This document shows, in pieces, positions 18,586-27,388 of a stretch of 64,000 bases of DNA. Location: the UHGV virus genome UHGV-1351772. One strand, given 5' to 3'. Below the pieces are notes generated by a model that made no database searches, had not been told where the DNA came from, and worked only from the letters and a program-made list of their open reading frames with translations. Source of the DNA: a virus. Both the position numbers and the translations under genes were made by a program. The first letter of the stretch is position 1. Each line of letters begins with the position of its first letter.

Positions 18586-19461
18586 ATGTCTATCAAAGAA
18601 CGCATGATTTTACCTGACCAGGGCCTCCACGTCGATGGCGGCCAGTACGATATGGTTAACCCCTTTTCGTCTGGTCAAAACGGTCCGGTCGGCCAGGTTG
18701 GTAAGTTCGTTACCAACGCCCACCGTCTGCGTCGTAACGTAATCGCACGTGTGATGGAATTCCCTCGTTGGGTTGATTACATGCCGAACCCACAACTGTG
18801 GCGTCAGGCAATCAAATCGTTCATCGAGGTTCACACCACGATTACCGGTCTGGACAAATCCCTGAGTGCTGAGTACGTACAGACCCAGCAGGGACGTAAC
18901 AACCGCGTTCAGTATGAAGCTGGTCTGGTAACGGAAGCACTGTCTTCGGTTACGCACACGACCCCGGATAAACTGGGTAAAGTGTATCAGAACATGCTCT
19001 GGGCGTGGTTGGTTTACGGTGTTTGTGATCCGCACACAGGCCACCCTGGTCTGGCGGCAATCAACCCGAACGTGCCAGATCACTTGCCGGATATGTACAG
19101 CATGACAGTGCTGTATTTCGAACCGGATGCGTATCAGCGTAAACCGCAGAACGCTTGGTGGCTGACGAACATGGCTCCTGAGTCTAACGGTCAGGATATC
19201 GGTGAACGTGACCCGAACACCGGACCTCAGACCAACGAACTGTCTATCACCTTCACCTCCCAGCAATGGACAGGTTGGGGTCCGATGCAGGCAGCTCAGA
19301 AAGAACTGGAGCGCATGAAGCTTTACGGTCTGCGTCCTTACGAACGCAAACTGTGGCTTACTCCGTCTCAACAGACCAACGGTATCAACCCAGACGTCGA
19401 TGCTACGGCTGGCGGTTATCGTTCTGTGTCCGACGAGCAGATGGCAAATCAGCTTCGTTAA
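18586..19461 (+). CDS. virion structural protein candidate (tail tube-like; 291 aa)
   Basis: 3-nt spacing after the preceding gene, same codon bias, followed by strong terminator. Confidence 0.6.
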   Translation: MSIKERMILPDQGLHVDGGQYDMVNPFSSGQNGPVGQVGKFVTNAHRLRRNVIARVMEFPRWVDYMPNPQLWRQAIKSFIEVHTTITGLDKSLSAEYVQTQQGRNNRVQYEAGLVTEALSSVTHTTPDKLGKVYQNMLWAWLVYGVCDPHTGHPGLAAINPNVPDHLPDMYSMTVLYFEPDAYQRKPQNAWWLTNMAPESNGQDIGERDPNTGPQTNELSITFTSQQWTGWGPMQAAQKELERMKLYGLRPYERKLWLTPSQQTNGINPDVDATAGGYRSVSDEQMANQLR

Positions 19462-19477
19462 GCAAAAAAAATAAGTT

Positions 19478-19504
19478 TACCTACCTCCGTCAAGGAGGTA
19501 GGTA
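19478..19504. terminator. bidirectional intrinsic terminator
   Basis: tacctacctcc-gtcaa-ggaggtaggta 11-bp perfect stem, A8 upstream, TTTTATTTTT downstream. Confidence 0.6.
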
Positions 19505-19508
19505 GCTT

Positions 19509-20087
19509 TTATTTTTCTTCTTGCGCCAGTTGTTTACGGGCAGAAGAACGAATAATTAAGTTTTTCATCTGCATTAACAGCAGGAACGTAGAGAGTAGAT
19601 CGAACGTGGTGGGTGGTGTGTTGGTGGTGTCGCTGGGATAAGCAACACGCCACAGTGTTAGTTCTGTGTCACCGTTTCCTTTTTCGTTACGTATAATTTC
19701 GTTGTTGTGCAAGCTAACCAATTCAGATTCCAACGCTTCTAATACATCTTCACCGAACTCAATCCGTAAGAGCTGTTTGAAACGGATAACGTAACCGGCG
19801 ACGACATTACCGACTGAACTGCTACGTATTTCGGTTAAGAAACGCTGGTAGCCGTTGATAGTGTGTGGGATCGTTTCAGCAGGCCATCCCGCGATGTGTG
19901 GAAACGCATCACCTAAAGTGGCTTGCATAGACAACGTAAAGATTTCACCGATCTGGTTAAGATGGCTAATGACTTCTGTACGGTTCATGACGTTAGGAAG
20001 CGCGACGGCCCGTTCTGTATTCGGCTTTTCTTGAGCCACGGGATAACCATCGAATAAGTTTTGCATTGTTTTATCTCCTGAAATCAA
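19509..20087 (-). CDS. hypothetical protein (192 aa)
   Basis: six-frame ORF. Confidence 0.55.
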   Translation of the reverse strand: MISGDKTMQNLFDGYPVAQEKPNTERAVALPNVMNRTEVISHLNQIGEIFTLSMQATLGDAFPHIAGWPAETIPHTINGYQRFLTEIRSSSVGNVVAGYVIRFKQLLRIEFGEDVLEALESELVSLHNNEIIRNEKGNGDTELTLWRVAYPSDTTNTPPTTFDLLSTFLLLMQMKNLIIRSSARKQLAQEEK

Positions 20088-20095
20088 AAAAATAA

Positions 20096-20113
20096 GGCGG
20101 TCATAAGACCGCC
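20096..20113 (-). terminator. intrinsic terminator-like hairpin
   Basis: ggcggtc-ataa-gaccgcc with A/T runs on both sides. Confidence 0.45.
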
Positions 20114-20274
20114 CTAGATTTTATTTTCTCCGTCGATGGCTCAGGTAAACCAGACCATCAATCGGTCTAGGTGGCCCTGGCTTCCGAGAAAGAGGTTGTT
20201 GCCATTTCGTAGGATTGATTTTCTCTTCAGGAACAAAAGCCCGATATAGTCGGGCTCCTGAAATAATGCCGATC

Positions 20275-20757
20275 TTATTCGTCGTCTTCGTCATCGCCCG
20301 CCATCATCGCGTCGGCAAACACTTTGCGCATTTTCCCTTCCAGCTCTTTTGACTTAGGTACACCGTAACCAAAGCCGATAGAAGCTGCCCATTCAGACGC
20401 CCCTACTGTTTCCCCAGTCGGACGTGAGAACACCGTAGAGAACGACGCGTTACCAATATTCGTGGTAAGGTCCAGTGCGACCAGTTCGTCGTCTGCTTTC
20501 GCTTTCTCAACGATAAGTTCTGACGCAACCTTACCGTAGACTTCCAGGAAGTTCGCATCGTGTTGGCGAACCGCATCCGCATCCTGTAGCGTCAGACGAT
20601 AATCGGTGTCGTTCACTTTGATGACCGGAAGTGATTCTTCGTAGATTTTGATTAACGGGTCTGCGTTAAGTACCGCGCTTTCGTCCAGAGTCATTGCCGG
20701 AGTTTCCAGCGCATCGATCATTGCAGCCAGTTCTTTAGTAGACATTACTTGTGCCAT
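20275..20757 (-). CDS. hypothetical protein with acidic C-terminus (160 aa)
   Basis: six-frame ORF; C-terminal DDEDDE; followed by two hairpins on the minus strand. Confidence 0.55.
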   Translation of the reverse strand: MAQVMSTKELAAMIDALETPAMTLDESAVLNADPLIKIYEESLPVIKVNDTDYRLTLQDADAVRQHDANFLEVYGKVASELIVEKAKADDELVALDLTTNIGNASFSTVFSRPTGETVGASEWAASIGFGYGVPKSKELEGKMRKVFADAMMAGDDEDDE

Positions 20758-20776
20758 TTGATTTATTCCTTAAGGT

Positions 20777-21448
20777 TTACTGTTGTTGAAGACGGCTTTC
20801 TAAGCCAGTGATGATTTCGTCGGTGAAATACGCTAAGTCGAGCATTTCAACGTACTCTTGGCGTTCCAAGATTTCTTTCGCAAACAATGCGTTATACCAA
20901 TCAGGAACACGAGATTTACCATTACGACCGAACTTATTTTGTACGTGACTGATTGCATGGAATTTTGAATCGGTAACGGATTTTCCATGGTCACGTGCGT
21001 ATAAGTAAGAGCGGTGCATGTAATTTTTAACTTCTTCGACGGTAGGGATACCGCGATCGGCGGCAGCGACAATTTCAGAAACAATGGAATTATAACCACC
21101 TTTGTGGGAACTCCGATGTTCTAATACTGCATACGCTACCTCGGTTACATCGTCGGAACTAAGTTTAAAACGACGTCTGAGAATAGGCGCAGAATCAAGC
21201 ACGTAATTGAATGCTTTGATGTGGTGGGAGGCACGGTCGGCAGGTGTGGAGAAAATATCGTGCGCTGCTACAGCAACCAGAACATTCTTTAAGTGTTGAG
21301 TTTCGTTCAACAGGTAAGCGATACGGACAGCGTTCGACTTCACAGAAAGAATGTGGTCTAGTCGATGTGCGCTATCGGTATAGCGATAGAAATCGCGGAA
21401 GTGGCTAAGTACACGTTCCCAGAATTTATTAATTTCGGTAGCTTCCAT
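20777..21448 (-). CDS. HD-domain phosphohydrolase-like protein
   Basis: H...HD pattern (LDHIL ... VAAHDIF) typical of HD metal-dependent phosphohydrolases. Confidence 0.5.
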   Translation of the reverse strand: MEATEINKFWERVLSHFRDFYRYTDSAHRLDHILSVKSNAVRIAYLLNETQHLKNVLVAVAAHDIFSTPADRASHHIKAFNYVLDSAPILRRRFKLSSDDVTEVAYAVLEHRSSHKGGYNSIVSEIVAAADRGIPTVEEVKNYMHRSYLYARDHGKSVTDSKFHAISHVQNKFGRNGKSRVPDWYNALFAKEILERQEYVEMLDLAYFTDEIITGLESRLQQQ

Positions 21449-21469
21449 TGATAATACCTTACAAGTCGA

Positions 21470-21859
21470 TTAAGAGAATGTGAACTGACAGCGTGCCAAC
21501 AGAATACGATGGTTTTTCCAATCGTCAGGTTCTTGGATAATGTTTCGATAAAGGATATGGTCGGTGCTTACTACCCTTGCAAGCTCTTGCACCATATCCG
21601 GGAGCGTAGATGCTTTTAGCCGATGCGCTTCACGCCACTTAGGAGACGCCATACGGCACAGAAACGCATCTTTAGGTACGATGGTATTGCTTTCCTCTTT
21701 TAACGTCTCTAAATGCGCCTCAACGCGTTTTACGTGGAGCTCAAGTGCTTGTGGGTCTGTTACGAAAGTATAGAATCTGTCATCGCGACGTAAGCTACAC
21801 AGAATCCATAAGGTAAAGGGGTCACGACAAATATCAATGAATTGTTCTGACCAGACCAT
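21470..21859 (-). CDS. hypothetical protein; start uncertain (ORF extends to 21895)
   Basis: GGGAG at 9 nt spacing before ATG 21859. Confidence 0.45.
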   Translation of the reverse strand: MVWSEQFIDICRDPFTLWILCSLRRDDRFYTFVTDPQALELHVKRVEAHLETLKEESNTIVPKDAFLCRMASPKWREAHRLKASTLPDMVQELARVVSTDHILYRNIIQEPDDWKNHRILLARCQFTFS

Positions 21860-22259
21860 GAGCTGCATCTCCCTGAGTGTTACCTGCGAGTTCAATTGTT
21901 ACTATATCGATATTCGTCATGGCCGCACGCAAGACAATTGCTAAGACCTCATGGTCAGATTCATCCAGTTTGGTCCAAAGCTTTTTATCCGCTTTCACTT
22001 CTGGAAGTAGTTTTTCAATTGATAAATTAATGTATTCGGATAACGGATGTGCTTTTCTCCATTTTTCGTCTTTAAGTGTCTCAACCAACACTTTCATGTT
22101 GCCCGGGAATTCCAGGATTTCTTTTTCTAAATACGCAGAGCTTTGTTCGCGCAGGTATGCTTCATCGGAGAGGAGACGGTTTAAATCTTCAGCAACACCT
22201 GCTGCTCTGACAGCGACCATCATTACAACAAACGGGTCTTTAAATAATTCGTTTTTCAT
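21834..22259 (-). CDS. hypothetical protein (141 aa)
   Basis: six-frame ORF with TAAAGGAG-type RBS. Confidence 0.5.
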   Translation of the reverse strand: MKNELFKDPFVVMMVAVRAAGVAEDLNRLLSDEAYLREQSSAYLEKEILEFPGNMKVLVETLKDEKWRKAHPLSEYINLSIEKLLPEVKADKKLWTKLDESDHEVLAIVLRAAMTNIDIVTIELAGNTQGDAAHGLVRTIH

Positions 22260-22365
22260 CTTTAATACTCCTTTAGGTTAAACAGTCGAATAGCGTGTAA
22301 TTCTACAACGCTCACCTAAGTAAAATATATCTAAGATAATTTTCAATAGGGTTAAAATAAAGGTG

Positions 22366-22394
22366 GGCTAGTCTATTCGATGAATAGACTAGCC
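22366..22394 (-). terminator. intrinsic terminator downstream of the nucleotidase-like gene
   Basis: 13-bp perfect inverted repeat ggctagtctattc / gaatagactagcc followed on the minus strand by a T-rich tract. Confidence 0.5.
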
Positions 22395-22402
22395 GAATGG
22401 TT

Positions 22403-22954
22403 TTACTGCACGCACAAAATCTGACCTGAGTATTCGAAGGGATTTTCTGCGAATGTTCTGAGTTGTCGACAAATGGCGTCAACGTCAGGCTCATCCGTCC
22501 GCGTATAGATCGCGGTCCCGTTCTTTAACACCCACTCACGGCAATTCCGGCCATAGTCATCCACTAACAATCTCCCCTTATCAGCGTAAGTCGCTTTTTC
22601 TGCAGAGTTTGTGGTTACGATAACTTTGTGACCAGGCACACCAAAGTGTTTCTCGAAGAATAATTTTTTACACTCAACAACACGGTCGTGATCGAAATGG
22701 TCTTCCGAACCCGACGTTAATATCGCCCAGCATTCCCCCAGACTTTCTACCGTTTCGAGGATTTTTGCGGCCTCGGGTATAGGGTCTAGTTTATAGAAAA
22801 GATCCGGGTCCTTTAAATACATTTCCCGGACCAGTGCACGGCGGTGCAATTCCGGCATTCCATGAAATTCTTGTATGGACATTCCTTGAAAGTGGTGGGT
22901 CAGCACGTATTTGCGCCAACTTGCGAATACGCCGTCACTATCTAAATTGAACAT
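22403..22954 (-). CDS. HAD-superfamily 5'(3')-deoxyribonucleotidase-like protein
   Basis: N-terminal HAD motif I LDSDGV (DxDG[VT]) at residues 4-9. Confidence 0.55.
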   Translation of the reverse strand: MFNLDSDGVFASWRKYVLTHHFQGMSIQEFHGMPELHRRALVREMYLKDPDLFYKLDPIPEAAKILETVESLGECWAILTSGSEDHFDHDRVVECKKLFFEKHFGVPGHKVIVTTNSAEKATYADKGRLLVDDYGRNCREWVLKNGTAIYTRTDEPDVDAICRQLRTFAENPFEYSGQILCVQ

Positions 22955-23020
22955 TTTTGATTATCCTTTTTGTAGAAGTTCCTCCGACACAATAACGGTA
23001 GAAATCGTAAAATAAAAAAA

Positions 23021-23320
23021 TTAAGACTGCTTAATCGAAAGAATGAACCGAAACGGTTCAGTTAACAAGAGGTAAGTACGTGTAAAGTCGATTTCGGTAC
23101 CGGCTTGACGCACATCGCAATAAAATTTCGCGATATCTTGTTGTGAAATACCTGCGACAATGTTGTTGACTTTACGTTTGGTGTCAAAACGTTCAGCGAG
23201 TATCGAAGAAAGCACTTCCTTTCCAGCACGCTCTTGAACGGCATAGATTGTTAGTGCTTTCAATTCCTCAGGCGTTAAAGTTTGCAAAGTCGGAGGTATG
23301 GCAATGTTAACCACTTTCAT
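23021..23320 (-). CDS. hypothetical protein (99 aa)
   Basis: six-frame ORF. Confidence 0.45.
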   Translation of the reverse strand: MKVVNIAIPPTLQTLTPEELKALTIYAVQERAGKEVLSSILAERFDTKRKVNNIVAGISQQDIAKFYCDVRQAGTEIDFTRTYLLLTEPFRFILSIKQS

Positions 23321-23369
23321 GCTTCCCTCACAATCGACAAATTCGGGTTGCAGACCATGAACTGGGCGA

Positions 23370-24008
23370 TTATGGAGTTACAGTGTATTCGTTTAACGCA
23401 GCGTCAAAAATACCCCGAGAGATTTCCTTTGCATCAGAAATCGTAATCTGAGGTTCCCGTTCACTACACGCTACAGTAAGCTCGTAGAATGAACCACCCT
23501 TTAATAGCTGGTTAGCATTCAAACGAACGTCTTGGTTAAGCGCTACTGCTAACGTGTGAGTGTATCCGTTGTTTGCCAGTCGAACTAAACGCAGTTCACC
23601 GACCATACTGGGTTTAATTTCCCAGTTTGATAAGCGGTGAGGAACAATCCACACTTCATTAGCGCGGTAAGGCTCAGCCGACAGCTCTATCGAGGGCTGG
23701 ACAACATCACGTTCGTCGAACCCATACAGATAAAAACGTGGCACAGCGGTTGTGGTTTCCGCAGGTGTAAAGTAGCGACGGACACCACGCAGGCAGCGTT
23801 CTAAATCGACAGAGCAGCAAATACGGGGTACCGTTTTGTCTTCGTCTCTGTAAACGCTATAAGGAATCCGAGGTGTGAAAACCGAAATCTTTCGATCGCT
23901 GATATGCAACGGGGCGCTATCTAACTTTTTCAAAGAAACTTTCTTTGCGGTGCGCGGCAGTTGTTGCTCTAACCACTTCACCAACGAAGGTTCAATAGTA
24001 TCAGCCAT
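23370..24008 (-). CDS. hypothetical protein (212 aa)
   Basis: six-frame ORF abutting the next gene. Confidence 0.5.
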   Translation of the reverse strand: MADTIEPSLVKWLEQQLPRTAKKVSLKKLDSAPLHISDRKISVFTPRIPYSVYRDEDKTVPRICCSVDLERCLRGVRRYFTPAETTTAVPRFYLYGFDERDVVQPSIELSAEPYRANEVWIVPHRLSNWEIKPSMVGELRLVRLANNGYTHTLAVALNQDVRLNANQLLKGGSFYELTVACSEREPQITISDAKEISRGIFDAALNEYTVTP

Positions 24009-24812
24009 TTACCACTTCCCGTTACCTAAACCCATAACACGCAGGTTAGTTTTCTTATTAGCGATGGCCAGGTACTCCTGCGCTAACGCACGAACTTCAC
24101 CACGACGAGATTCTGTCGCGATAGTAGACGTAGTGTTAGGATTTCGCAGAATGTCCTCCAGCGCCTGGAGGGAGACGCGACGGTCCAGCAGAACGCGTGT
24201 GGATTCTTGAGCCACTTTACTACCGCGTTGAATCGCAGAGTATTTGTTACAAATCTGCAACCCGTCCTCGATAACCCAGTCAAACGTTACCAGGCGATCC
24301 AGGCGACGCGTTTTCACACCACCTACATAACCTTCACGCACGATTGCACGCAGAGAGAAACACACATTCTGGTGTGGGTTTTCGAGCGCTTCTGCTAAGT
24401 ACGGACCACGTTCACGGTTCGGCTTAATCCAGCCCCAGATTTCCATAACCGGCAACCCGTTACAGGTTTGGTCGGTTGGAATCACTTCAACTTCACGAAT
24501 GTGCATACAGACGTTTTTCGTCTCAATCCATTCGTTGCGATCAATCCATTGCGCTTCGGTCATACCAGGTTCTGGTGCTGGGTGATCTTCTTCCCCGAAC
24601 AGATTCCCTGCCTTCACTTTACGCATAAAGATATTCGAGCGTTCGAATACGTGCTTAGACTCGTTATAGGCGTAAAAAATCCCTTCCGAGTTAAAGATAT
24701 TCAAAGCACCCAATAGTACGCGGTAATAACCATCCGCGTCTTTCTCCAGTGTGGCTGGAGCGTTAACACCGGCTAACGCTACGCAGTTGTAACGCAGTGT
24801 TAAATTGTCCAT
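24009..24812 (-). CDS. hypothetical protein (267 aa)
   Basis: six-frame ORF. Confidence 0.55.
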   Translation of the reverse strand: MDNLTLRYNCVALAGVNAPATLEKDADGYYRVLLGALNIFNSEGIFYAYNESKHVFERSNIFMRKVKAGNLFGEEDHPAPEPGMTEAQWIDRNEWIETKNVCMHIREVEVIPTDQTCNGLPVMEIWGWIKPNRERGPYLAEALENPHQNVCFSLRAIVREGYVGGVKTRRLDRLVTFDWVIEDGLQICNKYSAIQRGSKVAQESTRVLLDRRVSLQALEDILRNPNTTSTIATESRRGEVRALAQEYLAIANKKTNLRVMGLGNGKW

Positions 24813-24843
24813 TGTTTTCCCCGAGTAAAAGTAAAAGGTAAGA

Positions 24844-25578
24844 TTACCTCATAAACAAATCTTCGAGCGGTTCGGCACGCACCGGGTCAACCTGTAGCGC
24901 AGAACGAATACCACGTTTAAGTTCTACGTCTGCAAGTTTCGCCAGTCTCGACGTTTTGTTAAGTGAACCACTGCGCAACGGAATAAACTGCACAGGGTTG
25001 TTAAGATCGCTATCTTTCTTCAGCGTGTAACGGAAGAACGTTCTCGGATCACCTACTTTACGCTGCGTGTGTGCTGCGTAAACGTCAGCGGTAATCTGAT
25101 CGGCAAATACAGTAAAACCGTTCCATTTCTTGACTTTATCAGGTGCCAAGAGTTCAGCATCATCCGCTGCAGTAAACCAGAAAGGACGATTACCAAAGTC
25201 GTAAATATACGACGCAATGTTGTAAATAGGGTGAGACAACACCTGTAAATTGCGGTTGGGGAAAACCACTGTACCGGGATCAAAACGAAATTCGTAATAA
25301 GGAACGCCAAAGACGTCGATCTCTTCAAACGCCGTTGGGGTAATTTCCATAAGCGTTGTCACGCTGGACACCCCATATGTTTTACGGTCGGTAGAAATCG
25401 CAAAGATCCCTACAATTGTTACCGTAGAAGAAATAACCGCCAACTCCTTCGCCACAAACCCAACGGGGATGTAAATGTAACACCCCCCTTTGGTAGTGGT
25501 GACCGTGCCGTTATTTACCAAGTCCGCATGAACCTTAGTAGGGTCACGACGGGCTGTTTCAATCGCACTCACGATCAC
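24844..25578 (-). CDS. hypothetical protein (244 aa)
   Basis: six-frame ORF. Confidence 0.55.
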   Translation of the reverse strand: MIVSAIETARRDPTKVHADLVNNGTVTTTKGGCYIYIPVGFVAKELAVISSTVTIVGIFAISTDRKTYGVSSVTTLMEITPTAFEEIDVFGVPYYEFRFDPGTVVFPNRNLQVLSHPIYNIASYIYDFGNRPFWFTAADDAELLAPDKVKKWNGFTVFADQITADVYAAHTQRKVGDPRTFFRYTLKKDSDLNNPVQFIPLRSGSLNKTSRLAKLADVELKRGIRSALQVDPVRAEPLEDLFMR

Positions 25579-25590
25579 CTCCTAAGCGCG

Positions 25591-27051
25591 TTAAAGTTTA
25601 TCGACAAATACTGAGCCTGCGATCCAGTTCAGTACATAGTCAATCATCCAACTGGTTGCGGCTTCTGCCGGGTCGGTGTTCTCAATCATCGCGGTATGAA
25701 TCGTACGCATCAGCGGATCAATTTCGTAGGCGCAGAATACGGAGTTACATGCAGTCCGGATGATAAACAACGTAATGTCTTCGTCTGCGTTGACAAAGAA
25801 ATCATCACAAATACCCATAACAACCTGCTTGACTTCTTCGCGAGTACGCGTCAGTTCGCCAACAGTCAGGTAGCCCTGGTCGAGTTGGTCGATTGCAATC
25901 GAGAACGCTGTTTTCAGCGCCTGACGGTTACGACTTACCCAGTCGAGTTCATTTCGTTTCTGAACGATAATCGCACGACGATTGTAAGCTTCAACGTAGG
26001 CTTTCTGGTTTTCCAGCAGAGATGCGACACGTGCGGAAACGTTATAGTCACCTTCGTCCATCAGGTAAATGGCACCCAACAGGGCTTCAACGATGCCGCC
26101 TTTTTCCAGGTAGTCGTCCATCGTTTCCTGACAGATATAGACGTTTTTCTCGTTGGTATCGTAAGAGTAAACGATGTTACCTGTGGCGACACGGTTAGCC
26201 ACCGCTTTTTCGAAACCGTATACCCAACCGATAGATGTGTAATACGCACGACCCATTTCCGCTTTCCATTTCAGGGCGTCAACACCTGAGTCAGGCCATG
26301 GACGTTCAATGAAGAACGAAGACAACAGCAGTACCAGAACACGTTCTTTTACCATCTCCGGCGCTTTATCTGCAACAGGTACGGTGTAGTTACCTGCCAG
26401 CAGCAGTTTTGCTGCATCGTACATGCTGAGGTTCAGGTCGTTCAGTAATTTACGTACCAGTTCATCGTACGCTTTTACACCTGTTTCCGGAATCTCGATG
26501 TCGGTCGGTACATCGAACTTGATTGGGTCGTAAGTTGTGCCATTACCCATCGGGTTGGCGATTTCTTGAATCAGCGCCTGGACAACCGGGGAATCTACAC
26601 ACGGATCGATACCTACCGGAATCAGGTTCCAGTCTTCGACCAACGGTTTGACATCTTCAATCGTGTTATTCTGGATAACCAGCTGCACAAACGGTTGAAC
26701 AACGTTACGGGCAAAGTCCAGCATCCCGTTGCAACGCTGAATGGCCATGTTTTTCAGTTCGAATAGCGTGGTTTCATGATCGTCAACACGCAGCGCTTCA
26801 ACTTCAACAGCACCGTCACGAATAATCGAAGCTTCCGCTGTACCGTCTACTGGACGTTTAAGCTGCGTAATCGCGGGCAGTTCCTGGAAGAACTGTTCGT
26901 CGGTGATTGTGGTATCGAAAACGCGGGTAGGGTCGACCGCACGGTTGAGCAAATCAACCGGAGAGTCAACGTCTGTGCCAAGCTGAACATTATGCTGTTT
27001 GCACAGTTTCATGGCGTTAGTAACCGCATTCAGCGAGTATAAACTGATCAT
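25591..27051 (-). CDS. hypothetical protein (486 aa)
   Basis: long ORF, same strand block. Confidence 0.6.
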   Translation of the reverse strand: MISLYSLNAVTNAMKLCKQHNVQLGTDVDSPVDLLNRAVDPTRVFDTTITDEQFFQELPAITQLKRPVDGTAEASIIRDGAVEVEALRVDDHETTLFELKNMAIQRCNGMLDFARNVVQPFVQLVIQNNTIEDVKPLVEDWNLIPVGIDPCVDSPVVQALIQEIANPMGNGTTYDPIKFDVPTDIEIPETGVKAYDELVRKLLNDLNLSMYDAAKLLLAGNYTVPVADKAPEMVKERVLVLLLSSFFIERPWPDSGVDALKWKAEMGRAYYTSIGWVYGFEKAVANRVATGNIVYSYDTNEKNVYICQETMDDYLEKGGIVEALLGAIYLMDEGDYNVSARVASLLENQKAYVEAYNRRAIIVQKRNELDWVSRNRQALKTAFSIAIDQLDQGYLTVGELTRTREEVKQVVMGICDDFFVNADEDITLFIIRTACNSVFCAYEIDPLMRTIHTAMIENTDPAEAATSWMIDYVLNWIAGSVFVDKL

Positions 27052-27341
27052 TGTTTAACCTCTTTATTCGTGCTGATGTTCGCCTGAAGCATCGCGTACA
27101 AACGCGCGCCCACCAGATCTGCGATATCACGTTTCAGCAGTTTCTGATCACCGATACGGTCAGACATTCCTGAGTTACCGCGAATCAGACCATGCACAAT
27201 CTCCGTTGCTAATTCGACAGTATTACCTAAAGACACGTAGTTGGTACGTTGAATGGGACTGTATCCCTCCACGTTTTGCTGGGTAATATTTTTCCCAGTC
27301 GGAATACCGTGTCGCTGTTTGATTTTATCTAGAATAGACAT
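27048..27341 (-). CDS. hypothetical protein (97 aa)
   Basis: ORF start overlaps upstream stop by 4 nt. Confidence 0.45.
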   Translation of the reverse strand: MSILDKIKQRHGIPTGKNITQQNVEGYSPIQRTNYVSLGNTVELATEIVHGLIRGNSGMSDRIGDQKLLKRDIADLVGARLYAMLQANISTNKEVKQ

Positions 27342-27388
27342 TCTCTTCTCCGGAGTTTACAAGGGTGGGAGCGACCCACCCCTCGAGA

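Noticed and set aside
18610-19371. 253-aa minus-strand ORF
   Set aside because: Lies entirely antisense to the codon-optimised 291-aa plus-strand gene; Arg-rich low-complexity translation and no RBS; typical shadow ORF
25696-26289. 197-aa plus-strand ORF
   Set aside because: Antisense to the 486-aa gene (25591..27051) with no independent start signal
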